DNA of 64,000 bases, from the NCBI GenBank assembly GCA_964291215.2, contig OZ219790.1, positions 2,464,001-2,528,000 of the forward strand. Direction: 5' to 3'. Below, piece by piece: positions 11,127-21,188 of the stretch (its first letter is position 1; each line of letters begins with the position of its first letter). A program made the position numbers and the translations under genes. The stretch is from Alphaproteobacteria bacterium. Lineage in GTDB: Bacteria; Pseudomonadota; Alphaproteobacteria; MPNO01; UBA830. The notes below the pieces were generated by a model. The model saw only the letters and a list, made by a program, of their open reading frames with translations. It had not been told where the DNA came from and ran no database searches.

Positions 11127-14100
11127 CACTTATACAGGTATCTCATTCCCGCCTTCTCTCGCCGAGTGCGTCGCGCACCTGGATCGCCCGGTGCAGCCGC
11201 TCGAGACCCTGCCAGACCTTCTTCGTTCCCGGGAGCGATTGCCGCGCGGCAAGATGCGATCCGACGAGGCGTCCGAGATCGATGACCACCGCCCTGATGT
11301 CGGGCGCCTTCCCGTTCGCCATCCTCACGACGTTGCGATGACCCTGCGCTTCCGGCAGCGTGTGAAGCAGGTCGATGTCCTCCTCCGCAAACACTTCGCT
11401 CGCCGGGGTCAAGGGACACTCCTGCGCGAGGACGGTCAGGATGTGGACGGCGAGGCACTTCTTCAGATCGTCGGCCCGCCGGCGGTCCTTGATCCGGGTC
11501 TTCAGCGTGCAGAACCAGGTCTCGATGCGCGTCCGGTACCAGCCGGTCGCCACGTGCACGGCCTCCGCTTGCGCCGGGCGCTCGGTGGTCAGCAGCGCCT
11601 CGTCGCCGTCTCGCTGGCCGCGAACATGGACACAGGCGTTGCCCTCGCGGTGCGGCGGCACTACCTCGACCCTTTCAATGGTACACTGTCAACTCGATGT
11701 TGGCGTAGTCGCCCCGGTAGTTTTCAGTGAACAAGATCAGGTATCCTTCCCAGAGTTTGTGGGTGCCCGGCATGGGCTGGCGGTTCGACGGGATGAATCC
11801 GGCGAGGCGCGCGGTGTTGACGGCGAACTCCGCGATCGCCTGGGCCGCGTTGCCTGCGGTGGTTTGGTTTCGACATGGCGAGGACATGGATCTCGTCCTC
11901 GTGGACGATCGTGCGCGCCGGCATGGCGCTCCGCGCGAGGATGACGGTGCATGCAGTAATGGCAGGCACTTCCTCAGGTCGTCGTCGGCGTTGAGCCCCT
12001 TGATCCGCGTTCCGGTCTTGACGGCCGCGAACCACTCTCAGCCAGCGTTCCCAGGCGCGGATCGCGTTCTCCTGCGTGGGCTCACCTTCGGTAGTCAAGA
12101 GCAACCAGCCGGTCCTGTCGGCGGCGTCTTCTCCAGGACGCGCACTGCGAGCATGGTGAGTGGGGCCGTGCCCAGGGCGGGACGAGATCGGCCCGCAGCT
12201 TGTTGCGCCCCTTGCGCGTCCGGGGGCCGCCACAGGTCGATCGTCTTCTCCGCGACGATGTCCAATTCGGCCGCGAACAGGTCCCTGGCCTTGCCGTCCG
12301 CCGTGATGGCCCGCCCGAACGGCTGGCGCGGACCAGGAGCCGCCGGGCGCGGAGGCCTCCGACAGAAGAGACCACATGTCGCCCTCACGGTCGCAGACGG
12401 GCGAGTTCGCGGACAGGCCGCCTCGGCGGACTTGGCGAAGGTGTCCGTCCGCTTTCCTCGCCCGCCGTCGCCTTGTCCTCCGCGCGGAATCAAGGCTGAA
12501 TACCCCCGGTGCGCAGCCGCTGAACGCAACGCCGACATGAGCCCCTTGCTTCCAGAGCCGCCGATGTCGACAAGGCCCTGCGTCGCCTCGCTGTAGTTCA
12601 GCATCCCTGAACCGCAACAGACTGGCTGCGGCAACGCATCGCCTCCTGATGCGGCTGTCTTGCATGCCGATCCTCGGGTTCGACAGGAACCTGTAAGCCG
12701 CTCCGCCTCGCCGGGAAAGATTATCGGTGCACCCGGACGACCGCACCAGGCCTCGCCCATCGTGACAAGGCGCTTGCGCACATCGCCGTGCGCGCTCCGT
12801 CCGTACTCCGCCATCCTCCCTCGACGCGGGCCTGAACCGATCACCCGGCCCGCCCGAGAGACCAGTCCGCCGACAGCGGCTTCACATACACCCGCAACCC
12901 CTTGCAGCACGCCGCCGCACGGTAGGCTCCGCACCCACGTAGCTGTACGCCAGGCGAACACCGTAGCGCTCCTCCCAGTCACGCGATCATGGAACAGCGC
13001 CACGGACGCAAGCCCGCGGACGCCGGGAAGAAACCTGTCATTGTTGACAGCCCGCCCGATGTTGGCGTCCCGCGCTGCCAGCCGATGTGGAAGTCCCGCG
13101 CCTTGTGATGCCAAGACGCAGCGCCAGGCCGCCGAGGACGCCGTGCAGGGACGAGAGAATCCAGTAGCGGATGCCCGGGACAGGCCGCGTCGGGATGGTG
13201 CGATGCCATCATCGACCGCGCCAGCGACTTGTCCTCGTCGGCAACCGGAACCACGCCAAGATCGCCGAGACGGCACGACAGGTGTCTGTCGGGATAATCC
13301 GGCGACGGGGCCAGGGACTCCGGGGTCATCCCTCCCATCGTACGAGCCTCCGGCAGAGGCAGACCGAGTGCGGCGGAGAACTTCGGAAGCGCGGGCGAGG
13401 CATAGTTTTCCCTTCGCGTTCCGCCAGTCCTCACGCTCGCAGAGCTCACGTGCCAGGAAGGTCCGCGTGCAATCCCCGGCGCCAAGCCGTGCCTTCAGCC
13501 AGTCAACCGTCTCGCCACCATGATGTCGCAGGCCGATTCTCATGGAACCGTATATACGGCGTCAGTTGCTTCGATTCTACAGTGATCAGTTGAAAGGCCA
13601 CGGGCCGCGACATACTCCCACAGGCACTCCTCGTTGCCGTCCGCACGCGCTGTCTCGCGCGCACCAGCAGCGCGGCCCCGGCGTCCACGGCATGCAGCTC
13701 CCGGAAGTCGCCCTCGCAGACCACCCGCGTGTCCGGGCAGGCCGGCGCAAGCTCCCGTGCCCACTCGAGACCGGCTGTCCTCCCCGGGCTCCTGCCGGAA
13801 GGCCGCGTCCATCAGGCCCGGGGGCCGGCCCTCCGGCGTCACCGCCAGACCGGCGAGAATGCCGACGCTCCCCTTGCCACCCCCGTCTGGACCCTTCGTC
13901 GACCCCGGCCGCTGCAGTCGAGTGCCGTCGTGTCTTGTATCGCAAGAGGCTCTATCCGACAACGCTCGACGGTCGCCTCGACATGCGCCTCCGGAACGTG
14001 CTCCATGGAGATCCTCGGGTTCGACAGCAGGCGGCCTTCTGCTCCGTCTTCTCGGGAAAGATGACCGGCAGATCCTCCCCCATGTTCTCCATCCGGGCCC

Positions 14101-14951
14101 ATGTCAACGATGGCCGCCGCCCGTCGGCGTGCGCCCGTACTCCCGCTCCGCGTCAGTGCCGTCATGGGCGCCCGCGAGGGCGCCGAGTGGATGTCGCCCT
14201 GTCCCGTGGAGCGCCAGCCGCTCTCCAGCGCCAGGACCCCTCGCCGCGGCGCCCGCTGCCGGCCACGGTCCAGCCGGCGCAGTGGCAGCAGTAACCGCTC
14301 CGCGCCGACATGGGTACAGGCCGCCACCGGACGCACCGCGGGCTTCCCGGTCGTCGGCGACGCGCTCCGCCGCCATGCGCAGGACCCCAGCCCGCAGACC
14401 CGGACGCCGGGAAGAAACCGATGATGGCAGATCACGCGCCTGATGTTGGCGGCGCGGGCGTCGGCAGACCATCCACTTGTCCCGCGCCCGCAACTGCCAG
14501 GTCGCGAAGCCGATCCCGCATGCCGTGGTGCTGCGAGCGGACCCGGTAGCGCACATGACCGCCGGGGCGCCCGTCCCGGCGGGTGGTGCATCGCCATCAT
14601 CGCCTCCCGGAGCCGGCGATCGTCGGTGCCGCCCACCGGCGAGACCGGGCCGAGATCCTGCAGCAGGCAGGCGAGCGTCATCGGGCAGGACGGCGGGCAC
14701 GACGGTCGGGGACGCTCCGCGGCAGCTCGAGACCCACGCGCTCGGCGAGCGCCGGCAGCACCTGCCGCCGACAGGCACGGACGACCAGGCGCGTTGCGCC
14801 AGCCGGTGCGCTCGCAAAGCTCGCGAGCCAGACCGTGACGGATGGCGTCGGCGGAGCGCGCCAGCGAACCGGTCCGGTGTCCGTGAATCGAAATGGCGGA
14901 GACCGACCTGCGTGCCCGCAGCATGCACGAAACAAATCACTATATAAGTCT
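11127..14951 (-). mobile_element. IS4/Tn5-like element with N-terminal DUF4338-like region (outer element B), interrupted by element A
   Basis: ARELCERTGWRNAPGRPCL, RLLSNPRISMEH, AIQDTT.LD, VCEGD, LLTTE, WYRTRIETWF..LK, PGTKKVWQGL; ends ACTTATA / TATAAGT; boundaries approximate. Confidence 0.7.
11671..13597 (-). mobile_element. IS4/Tn5-like element with N-terminal DUF4338-like region (inner element A), degenerate
   Basis: Imperfect TIRs CCTTTCAA-TGGTACACTGT / CCTTTCAACTGATCACTGT; ARELCEREDWRNAKG, ARDFHIGW, VNNDRFL, AAYRFLSNPR, VCDREGD, WLLLTTE, PGTHKLWEGY. Confidence 0.75.
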
Positions 14952-14956
14952 GATAC

Positions 14957-16421
14957 GTATCTACTCACCCCTTGTTGGGTTCTGATTGGCCGTAGTGCTC
15001 GTTGATGATGTCTGCGGCTTTTCCGTCGAGGGCGATCCGGGTGGCGACGAGTGGGTTGTAGCCGAGTGCGGCCATGGAGGTGAGGTAGCTTGAGCCCCGG
15101 CACCATGCTTTTGCGTGGAGCGGAAGCATCCGGACACCTTGACCTTTGCCATCCTGATCTTCTGTTCTCCGGCATTGTTGGTGAAGCTGACGTTGGGGTC
15201 GTCTGTGAAGCGCAGGTTTTCGTGTTTCACGAGACGTTCGTACAGGTTGTGCGCGTCGGACTTGCGTCCACGTTTTCCTTTCGTCGGGATGTCGGGCAGT
15301 TCCCTGGCGCCCTGATGGTGCGGTAGCGCCCGGCGTCGTTCAGGGTTTTGGATGCGCTCTTGTTGATCTTGTGGCAGACCTCGCGGAGCAGGCTCTTCAT
15401 AAGTCGCGCGGTAGCCTCGACGACAAAGGTCAGTTCGCGCAGCAGGTGGCTACCGCACAGCTGGTGGCTACACTGGCCCATGTACGAGGCCCAGGACGCC
15501 CTTGTAACACGGGCCGATCTCTTGCTTGCGGTGCGGGAACTTGCACGTCAGGGTCCCACGACATGGAGCCACTTGCTGTTGATCCGAAATCATCGACATC
15601 GGGCGTTGCAGGAGGTGCGCCACGGCGGCCTCCTCCCATGACGCATCGTGAAAGCATAGCCGAGGCCTCGGAGAGCTTGATGCCGGAGATCGACTGCACG
15701 AACGCGACGGCGCAGGGACAGCATTTGGGCGACCAGCAGGTTGATGACGAGGGCCTGAATGCCGATGCCGTACTGCACGGGATGTTGTCGGGGAACCGGG
15801 CCTTGCACTTCGGGCATTCCTCGGCGCGGCGCTCGACGACCTCGAACACGATGTCGTGCGGCGCTCCCGATCGACGGGGCCGTCGATGTCAGCGCCGCAG
15901 GCGTCGCAGGCCGCAACCGTTTCCTCGACGATGGTCTTGCGCAGGTTGTCGCCCATCTGCCGGTTCAGCTTCGGGCCCTTGCCGTTGCTCCCGGCACGCT
16001 CTTGTCCGTCTGTGACGGCGGCAGACCGGAGTTCCGGCTCGTGCGTAGTCTTCTCCAGAAGGACGACGATGAGGATGTCGAAGACGCGGATCACGGCATC
16101 TTCCGCCACCTTGCCGGCAGCGCCGCGATCTTGGCCGCTTCGAACTCCTCGCGCGCCGCCCGTCGCCATCACCCGGCCTTGCGCTTCATCAGCGCGCCGC
16201 CTCCGAGATGCGTTTCCACATACAGATCATGCGGAGGCTGGAGCCCCGGAAGCAGCTGGCACAGCCCGCTCGTCGCCTTCGATCCAAAGTAGCCCACTGG
16301 CGGTCCCCGTCGTTCTCGATTACCACCACTAAACGAATCGGCCTGCAGTGTCAAATCTCCACGAAAACCCGTTCGTTACTCTACCCCGACATCAAGCCGG
16401 AACCAGGGGGTGAGCAGTTAC
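14957..16421 (-). mobile_element. IS66 family A copy 1 (truncated MTase plus degenerate tnpC), intron-free
   Basis: TIRs GTAACTGCTCACCCC / GTATCTACTCACCCC; perfect 8-bp TSD TCTGATAC (14949-14956, 16422-16429); CGSHLLREL and FTNNAGEQKIRM.KVK.SGCFRS motifs. Confidence 0.95.
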
Positions 16422-16456
16422 TCTGATACTTTGAAAGTTCCCGCCACGACAAGCCA

Positions 16457-17221
16457 TCAGGCCGGGGGCAAAGACGCTCCCTTCCGGTAAAGCAGACGCA
16501 TCGCCGCCGCCGACACGGCGAGGCAAACTACAAGAAATGGGCCCGCGGGAAGATCTGCGACCGCGGAGATCAACAGGGCTGCCAAGACGGCGGCCCCGCC
16601 GCTCGCGAAGGCGCGCCGGTGGATGTAGCCCCTGCCGGCCCGGGCCGCGAGAGCGGGGAGGATGAGGCTGGCGAACACGACATAGACACCGACCAGCTGC
16701 ATCGATGCCGTGATGACAAGGGCGAACAGGATGAAGAAGCCGGTGCCGGCGCGAAGGCGCGGCACGAGGAGCCAGAGAGCGGCAAAGAAACCGTATATCG
16801 GCAGGAACGACGCGATATTGCCCCAGGTTACGAACAGAAGTTGACCCGAAAGCACATGGCGCAGCGCCTCGCCGCCGTGAGGGTCATTAGCAAGCGCGAG
16901 GAGGGCTACGGAAGCGGCGACGATAAAGCTGCTGCCGATCACCGCTTCCTGCTCGTCCGGCGATTTCCGTTCGATCCAGCGAAAGAACAACGCGATGGTT
17001 ATGCCAGCGGCGAAGGCCGCCCCTTGGGCCACGATCCAAGACGGCTCCTCCAACCAGACGTTGAGCAGGATGACGGCGAGGCCGACGACCTGCGCGGTGG
17101 CGAGGTCGATGAACACGATCCCGCGCTTGAGAACCTCGATTCCCAGCGGCGCATGGGCCGCCGCGACGAGCAGCCCGCCAACAAGGCCCGGCGCCAGGAT
17201 GTCAAGCAGATCAGGGTCTAT
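16457..17221 (-). CDS. Zn/Mn ABC transporter permease (ZnuB-like)
   Basis: Frame stays open upstream of the track start (HAPLGIEVLKRGIVFIDLA); multi-TM; the apparent start is ATA at 17221 after GGAGGAGG. Confidence 0.85.
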   Translation of the reverse strand: MDPDLLDILAPGLVGGLLVAAAHAPLGIEVLKRGIVFIDLATAQVVGLAVILLNVWLEEPSWIVAQGAAFAAGITIALFFRWIERKSPDEQEAVIGSSFIVAASVALLALANDPHGGEALRHVLSGQLLFVTWGNIASFLPIYGFFAALWLLVPRLRAGTGFFILFALVITASMQLVGVYVVFASLILPALAARAGRGYIHRRAFASGGAAVLAALLISAVADLPAGPFLVVCLAVSAAAMRLLYRKGASLPPA

Positions 17222-18122
17222 CCGGGACCTCCTCCAGCAAGCTCAGGGTGCTGTCGAACAGAGAGAAGAGATCGGTCGCCTCCGGGCGGCCGCCGACCGT
17301 GAAGGGAAGCTCGACGACCGGAATGCCCGTCTTGCCGGAGAGCCAGTCCGAGGCGTCTTCGGGCTCGAAGGGCGCACGGACGATTGCCCTTGCGCCAGCG
17401 TCCTGCACCAATTCGAGAACCCGGGCCAGATGCGATGCCGTCGGCGGAACCCCCGAGATCCGCTCCAGAGCTGCAACCCGCTCCAGGCCCGACCAGCGCA
17501 GCAGATAGACCCAAGCCTTGTGGTGAACGATGATCTTCATACCGCGCAGCTTCTCCGTTCGCTCGCGCCAGCCGGCCAAGGCCCTGGCCCAGCGCTCCTG
17601 GAACGAGGCCAAGCGCTGCCGGTAGGCTGCCGCGCGATCTGGATCGATTTGCTCCAGACGACCCGTCAGCACCTCTGCAAGGATGGCGATGTTGCGCGGA
17701 TCGAGATGGACGTGTGGATTCCCGGCCGGATGGATGTCCCCCATGCTGCGGTCCACGACCTTCGGCCGGTCGAGGACTTGCACATGGTCGGCCGCCAAGA
17801 TATGCCCCGGCTGGCCCGGCTGAACCATGCGTCCGGCACCCCTTTCCAATAGCACCGGCAGCCATCCTACTTCGAGGTCCGCCCCGGAACAGAACAGTAT
17901 TTTGGCGCTGCGCACCTTCGCGATCAGGCTGGGGCGGGCGCGTATGTGGTGCGCATCCTGGCTGCCGTGAGTCGCCGAGTGGACGACGACATCCTCGCCG
18001 CCGATTTCCTCTGCCAGCGCCGCCCATTCCGGCTCGCAGGCAAGGATCCGGACCTGCGCACTCGCCGCCGCCGGCGACAACAGGGCGGCCGCGACCGCAG
18101 TGGCCAGCGCCGTTCGCTTCAT
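17211..18122 (-). CDS. Zn/Mn ABC transporter substrate-binding protein (ZnuA-like)
   Basis: Signal peptide; QDAHH, GADLEVGWLP, GDIHPAGNPHVHLDP motifs. Confidence 0.9.
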   Translation of the reverse strand: MKRTALATAVAAALLSPAAASAQVRILACEPEWAALAEEIGGEDVVVHSATHGSQDAHHIRARPSLIAKVRSAKILFCSGADLEVGWLPVLLERGAGRMVQPGQPGHILAADHVQVLDRPKVVDRSMGDIHPAGNPHVHLDPRNIAILAEVLTGRLEQIDPDRAAAYRQRLASFQERWARALAGWRERTEKLRGMKIIVHHKAWVYLLRWSGLERVAALERISGVPPTASHLARVLELVQDAGARAIVRAPFEPEDASDWLSGKTGIPVVELPFTVGGRPEATDLFSLFDSTLSLLEEVPDRP

Positions 18123-18131
18123 CTCCGGGGC

Positions 18132-19592
18132 TCAAAAGCTGTGGGCAGCGTGGGCGCCGAGGGACATGATGTATTGCAGGATGAACTGGTGGTCACGCTT
18201 CGAGCCAAAGGCCTCTCGGTTGTACTGGAAACGGACACGCCCGAACTCGCTGTTGGTCCAGTCGAGCATGGTGCTGACCGAGGAGTGGCCCCGGCCCAGT
18301 TCCGCATCCTTCGGCGGCGAGAGATGCGAATAGCGGACACCGGCCCGCCAGCGCGGCAAGAACTTGTAGACCGCCTGAGCATACCAGCCGCTGGCGTCAC
18401 CATTGAGTTCCTCGGTCTCTTCACAGACTTCGTGACCGTGTTCCTCTTCCTCGCATTCCTCCTCCAGCGTATAGGAACCCGTCTCGCGACGGAGGAAATA
18501 CTCGCCCTGGAGGATCAGCTCCCTTTCCCGCGCATTGCCTGTCGGCGCGAGGGTATAACGGAGATCCGCGCCGAAGATCTGCGCATCGCCCGTGAACAGG
18601 CCGTTCGAGAAAAATTCGTCATGGGCATGTTCTTCGTGCTCCTCGTCATGCTCTTCATGGACATGCTCGTCCTCATGTTCATGCTCGTCCTCATGTTCAT
18701 GCGCATGGCCCCCCCCACCTCGGCGGTGAGCCTTCCCATTCAGCATATAAGCGCCAATCCGGAATGCCGAATTTCTGGTCACATCGCCGCCCAGCCGCAC
18801 ATAGGCGGACCATGCTTCCCGACCCGTTTCGGAACCGCCGAAAGGCATGTCATCGCCGCGGAAGATGCCGGCCCCGACCTCCTTGTAGAAGTCGCCCGGA
18901 AGCACGACGGAAACCTCGGCGCCGTCATCATTGTAACCGCCGTCAAGAAACGCCCGGTAGGGAAGCGGCCGATTACTGAAGTCGTCGCCGTGGGCGTGCT
19001 GCTCGTTCAGGTAGCCGAACGTCCAGAGCGCCCGGCCTGCCTTGAGACGAATCCCGTCCGGCATGCCTGAGCCGGGCAAGGTCTGGATATAGGCTTCCTC
19101 GAGATCGAGTTCGGTCATGTCGCCGTGGGCACCAAGACCCAGGGTGAGATTACCGCGAAACTTGTCATCGATATTGCCTGACGCCGTGATCTCGCTGTGA
19201 CCAAGGCCGAGCCCCTCTGCAGGACGCTCGGAATGATGGCCAAGCTGGAAACCCGGAAGGCTGGAGCTGTCCTCGGAGTATTCCGTCAGCATGCCGTTGA
19301 GAACGATACCGATCGCCGGATTGAAGCTGTTGTCACCGGACCGCATGGAAGGCCGCACCATCGCAGCGGATGGCGAGGTTTCCTTGCCGGCAGCCGAGAA
19401 CTTCGCCTTCATCGCCGCAAGCTGAGCTTCAAGCGCCGCAACGCGTTTTTCATATTCCTGCCTCAGAGCCTCGATCTGCCCGCCGAGTTGCTCTGGCGTA
19501 GGCGGTCCAGATTGCGACTGGGCCGCTGGAACGCCGAACAAAATCGGCAATCCGACGGATGCTGCCCACACATATGCAACGAGTTTGCGCAT
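18132..19592 (-). CDS. His/Glu-rich outer-membrane beta-barrel, putative zinc-regulated receptor/porin
   Basis: Signal peptide, coiled coil, FNPAIG, EEAYIQT, FGYLNEQHAH, poly-HE loop, C-terminal SLGAHAAHSF. Confidence 0.8.
   Translation of the reverse strand: MRKLVAYVWAASVGLPILFGVPAAQSQSGPPTPEQLGGQIEALRQEYEKRVAALEAQLAAMKAKFSAAGKETSPSAAMVRPSMRSGDNSFNPAIGIVLNGMLTEYSEDSSSLPGFQLGHHSERPAEGLGLGHSEITASGNIDDKFRGNLTLGLGAHGDMTELDLEEAYIQTLPGSGMPDGIRLKAGRALWTFGYLNEQHAHGDDFSNRPLPYRAFLDGGYNDDGAEVSVVLPGDFYKEVGAGIFRGDDMPFGGSETGREAWSAYVRLGGDVTRNSAFRIGAYMLNGKAHRRGGGGHAHEHEDEHEHEDEHVHEEHDEEHEEHAHDEFFSNGLFTGDAQIFGADLRYTLAPTGNARERELILQGEYFLRRETGSYTLEEECEEEEHGHEVCEETEELNGDASGWYAQAVYKFLPRWRAGVRYSHLSPPKDAELGRGHSSVSTMLDWTNSEFGRVRFQYNREAFGSKRDHQFILQYIMSLGAHAAHSF
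18662..18702. repeat. 18-bp tandem repeat encoding the His/Glu loop
   Basis: CATGCTCGTCCTCATGTT x2 plus a partial unit (HEHEDE). Confidence 0.8.
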
Positions 19593-19651
19593 CAACACTT
19601 CTCCTGTGGCCATGTCCCGCACGACCGGGCTTCGCCAATTAGGTTAGGTTT

Positions 19652-19670
19652 AAGTAATATTATAACATAT
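19652..19670. promoter_or_regulatory. Putative Zur box
   Basis: AT-rich palindrome AAGTAATATTATAACATAT (reverse complement ATATGTTATAATATTACTT), about 60 bp upstream of the Zn-uptake operon; resembles proteobacterial Zur consensus. Confidence 0.7.
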
Positions 19671-20035
19671 AATTTTACTGCGCACAACTATGCAGCCAAG
19701 GCGATCTTACGCTAAATTCTGTTTTATTTTTCAAGGCAGTAGATGGGTTTTGCGGGAGCGCGGGTTGGTGCAGGAGATTTTTTTGCAGTTTTCGCTGGCT
19801 TTCCTGCACTGGATTTGTCATGGTGCGGGGATGTCGGTTCACAAGCACATCGCGTCCTGTCCGATTCACGTCGCAGCTCCGGAAGGGTCTGTCCGAGCAT
19901 CCATGTTTCTTGGCAAGGTTTTTGCGGGTGTCTGCGGTGATGTTTTCCGTGGTTGTCCACAAGCGGTATGGGATTTGCTCTGCGAGCGAGGCGACATGAA
20001 GCTTGTGGTCCCGGCGGCGGGTTGCCGTCCATTGG

Positions 20036-20236
20036 TCACGTGAACGCGGCTACCTTGCCGTCCCCGGGCACGTGACCGTCCGGGTTCCAGGTGTCCCAAG
20101 GCGGTTCGATCTCCTTGATGTCGGCCTCGACGATGATCTGCAGATGTTCTCCCCAAGCCGTGTCGTAGAGAGAGACTGTCGAGACAGTCCCGATCGCGCT
20201 CTCGGCAGGGGTGAGGGCCGTGTCTCCTTCACTCAC
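20036..20236 (-). CDS. Small (66 aa) ORF just downstream of the IS110 transposase, also present in copy 2
   Basis: AESAIGTVSTVSLYDT.W.E.LQIIVEADIKE.EPPWDTWNPDGHVPGDGKVAAFT shared with 30756-30949. Confidence 0.35.
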   Translation of the reverse strand: MSEGDTALTPAESAIGTVSTVSLYDTAWGEHLQIIVEADIKEIEPPWDTWNPDGHVPGDGKVAAFT

Positions 20237-20912
20237 TCACCGGTGCTTCAGGCAACGCTGCTGTCGCAGCAAGGTGTTCGCCAGAGCTTGCGCATCACGG
20301 CGACAATCGCGACTTTGTGGGCCTTGCCGGCAGTCTTGAGGCGCACCAGGTCCGCGTTGAAGCGTGCCGGTTGCGGCCAGGAGATCGCGTGGCCTTCGGC
20401 GCCCGCCACGGATGTGCCGAGCACCGTGGTCGTTGGCGCCACCCCGATCAAGGCTGCCGACGCTGCCGAGTTCGGGCATCCAGAAGGGCGGCGGCGGTCA
20501 CCGGATCGAGGTCAGGATGGCGTAGCTCTGCTCGGGATTACCGGCGATCATCGAGATCGGCCGCCGAGGCCCTTGTGACGGTTTCGCCATCCACCTCATC
20601 TGCCACGCGTCGACAAGCGCGGCACCAGGAGATCCTCCAGGCTCTTGAGGAAGGCGGAGCCACAGGCTCAAGATCGCCCAGCCGATCTTGGCGTCGACGC
20701 GGTTGGCGCCTCGGCGAAGCGCCCGCAACGGGTTGACGAGAATAACCTCGAAGCCCCGGTCATGAAGACACTGGTGAACCTTGCGGTGATAGCGGCCTGT
20801 CGCCCACCACCCGGCTCACCCCGAGGCTGCGAAGCCACCTGCCTGTGGCGTCGTTCGCAAAACAATGCGCCAGATGTCCAGACTGGCTGACCCCTGCTAC
20901 TACCTTGACCAT
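20237..20912 (-). pseudogene. IS110-family transposase/recombinase, frameshifted
   Basis: MVKVVAGVS..FAND, RVDA, LTSI, MPELG, ARFNADL..LKTAGKAHKVAIVAVMRKL. Confidence 0.85.
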
Positions 20913-21188
20913 CGTCCCTTGCTCCTCGCCTTGTGATGATACGGGTTCAAACCCGGGCATCCAGCGAGGGACGTCAAGGGAGGTTGCCAAACTCGGACGC
21001 GGCTCTGTCAAGGTCGAAACGGCAACCTCCGCGGAGATCGTTTGCTCCCCTGTGCGTGTTCGCTCAGGGGAGCGGAATCTCTCTGCAACCATAGACCGGA
21101 CGCTCTCCCACAGTCGGGGTTGTCCACATTTTCCCGCCCCCAACCGCTGTGGATGATTTCATCATCAAGGGGACAAAACCTAGTCACA

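Larger units (their letters stand above)
19697..21186 (-). mobile_element. Repeat unit: ISAs1-like left end plus IS110-family element (copy 1), truncated by IS30
   Basis: Near-identical to 30417-31950; begins CAAGGCGATCTTACGCTAAATTC; IS110 transposase remnant 20237-20912. Confidence 0.8.
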
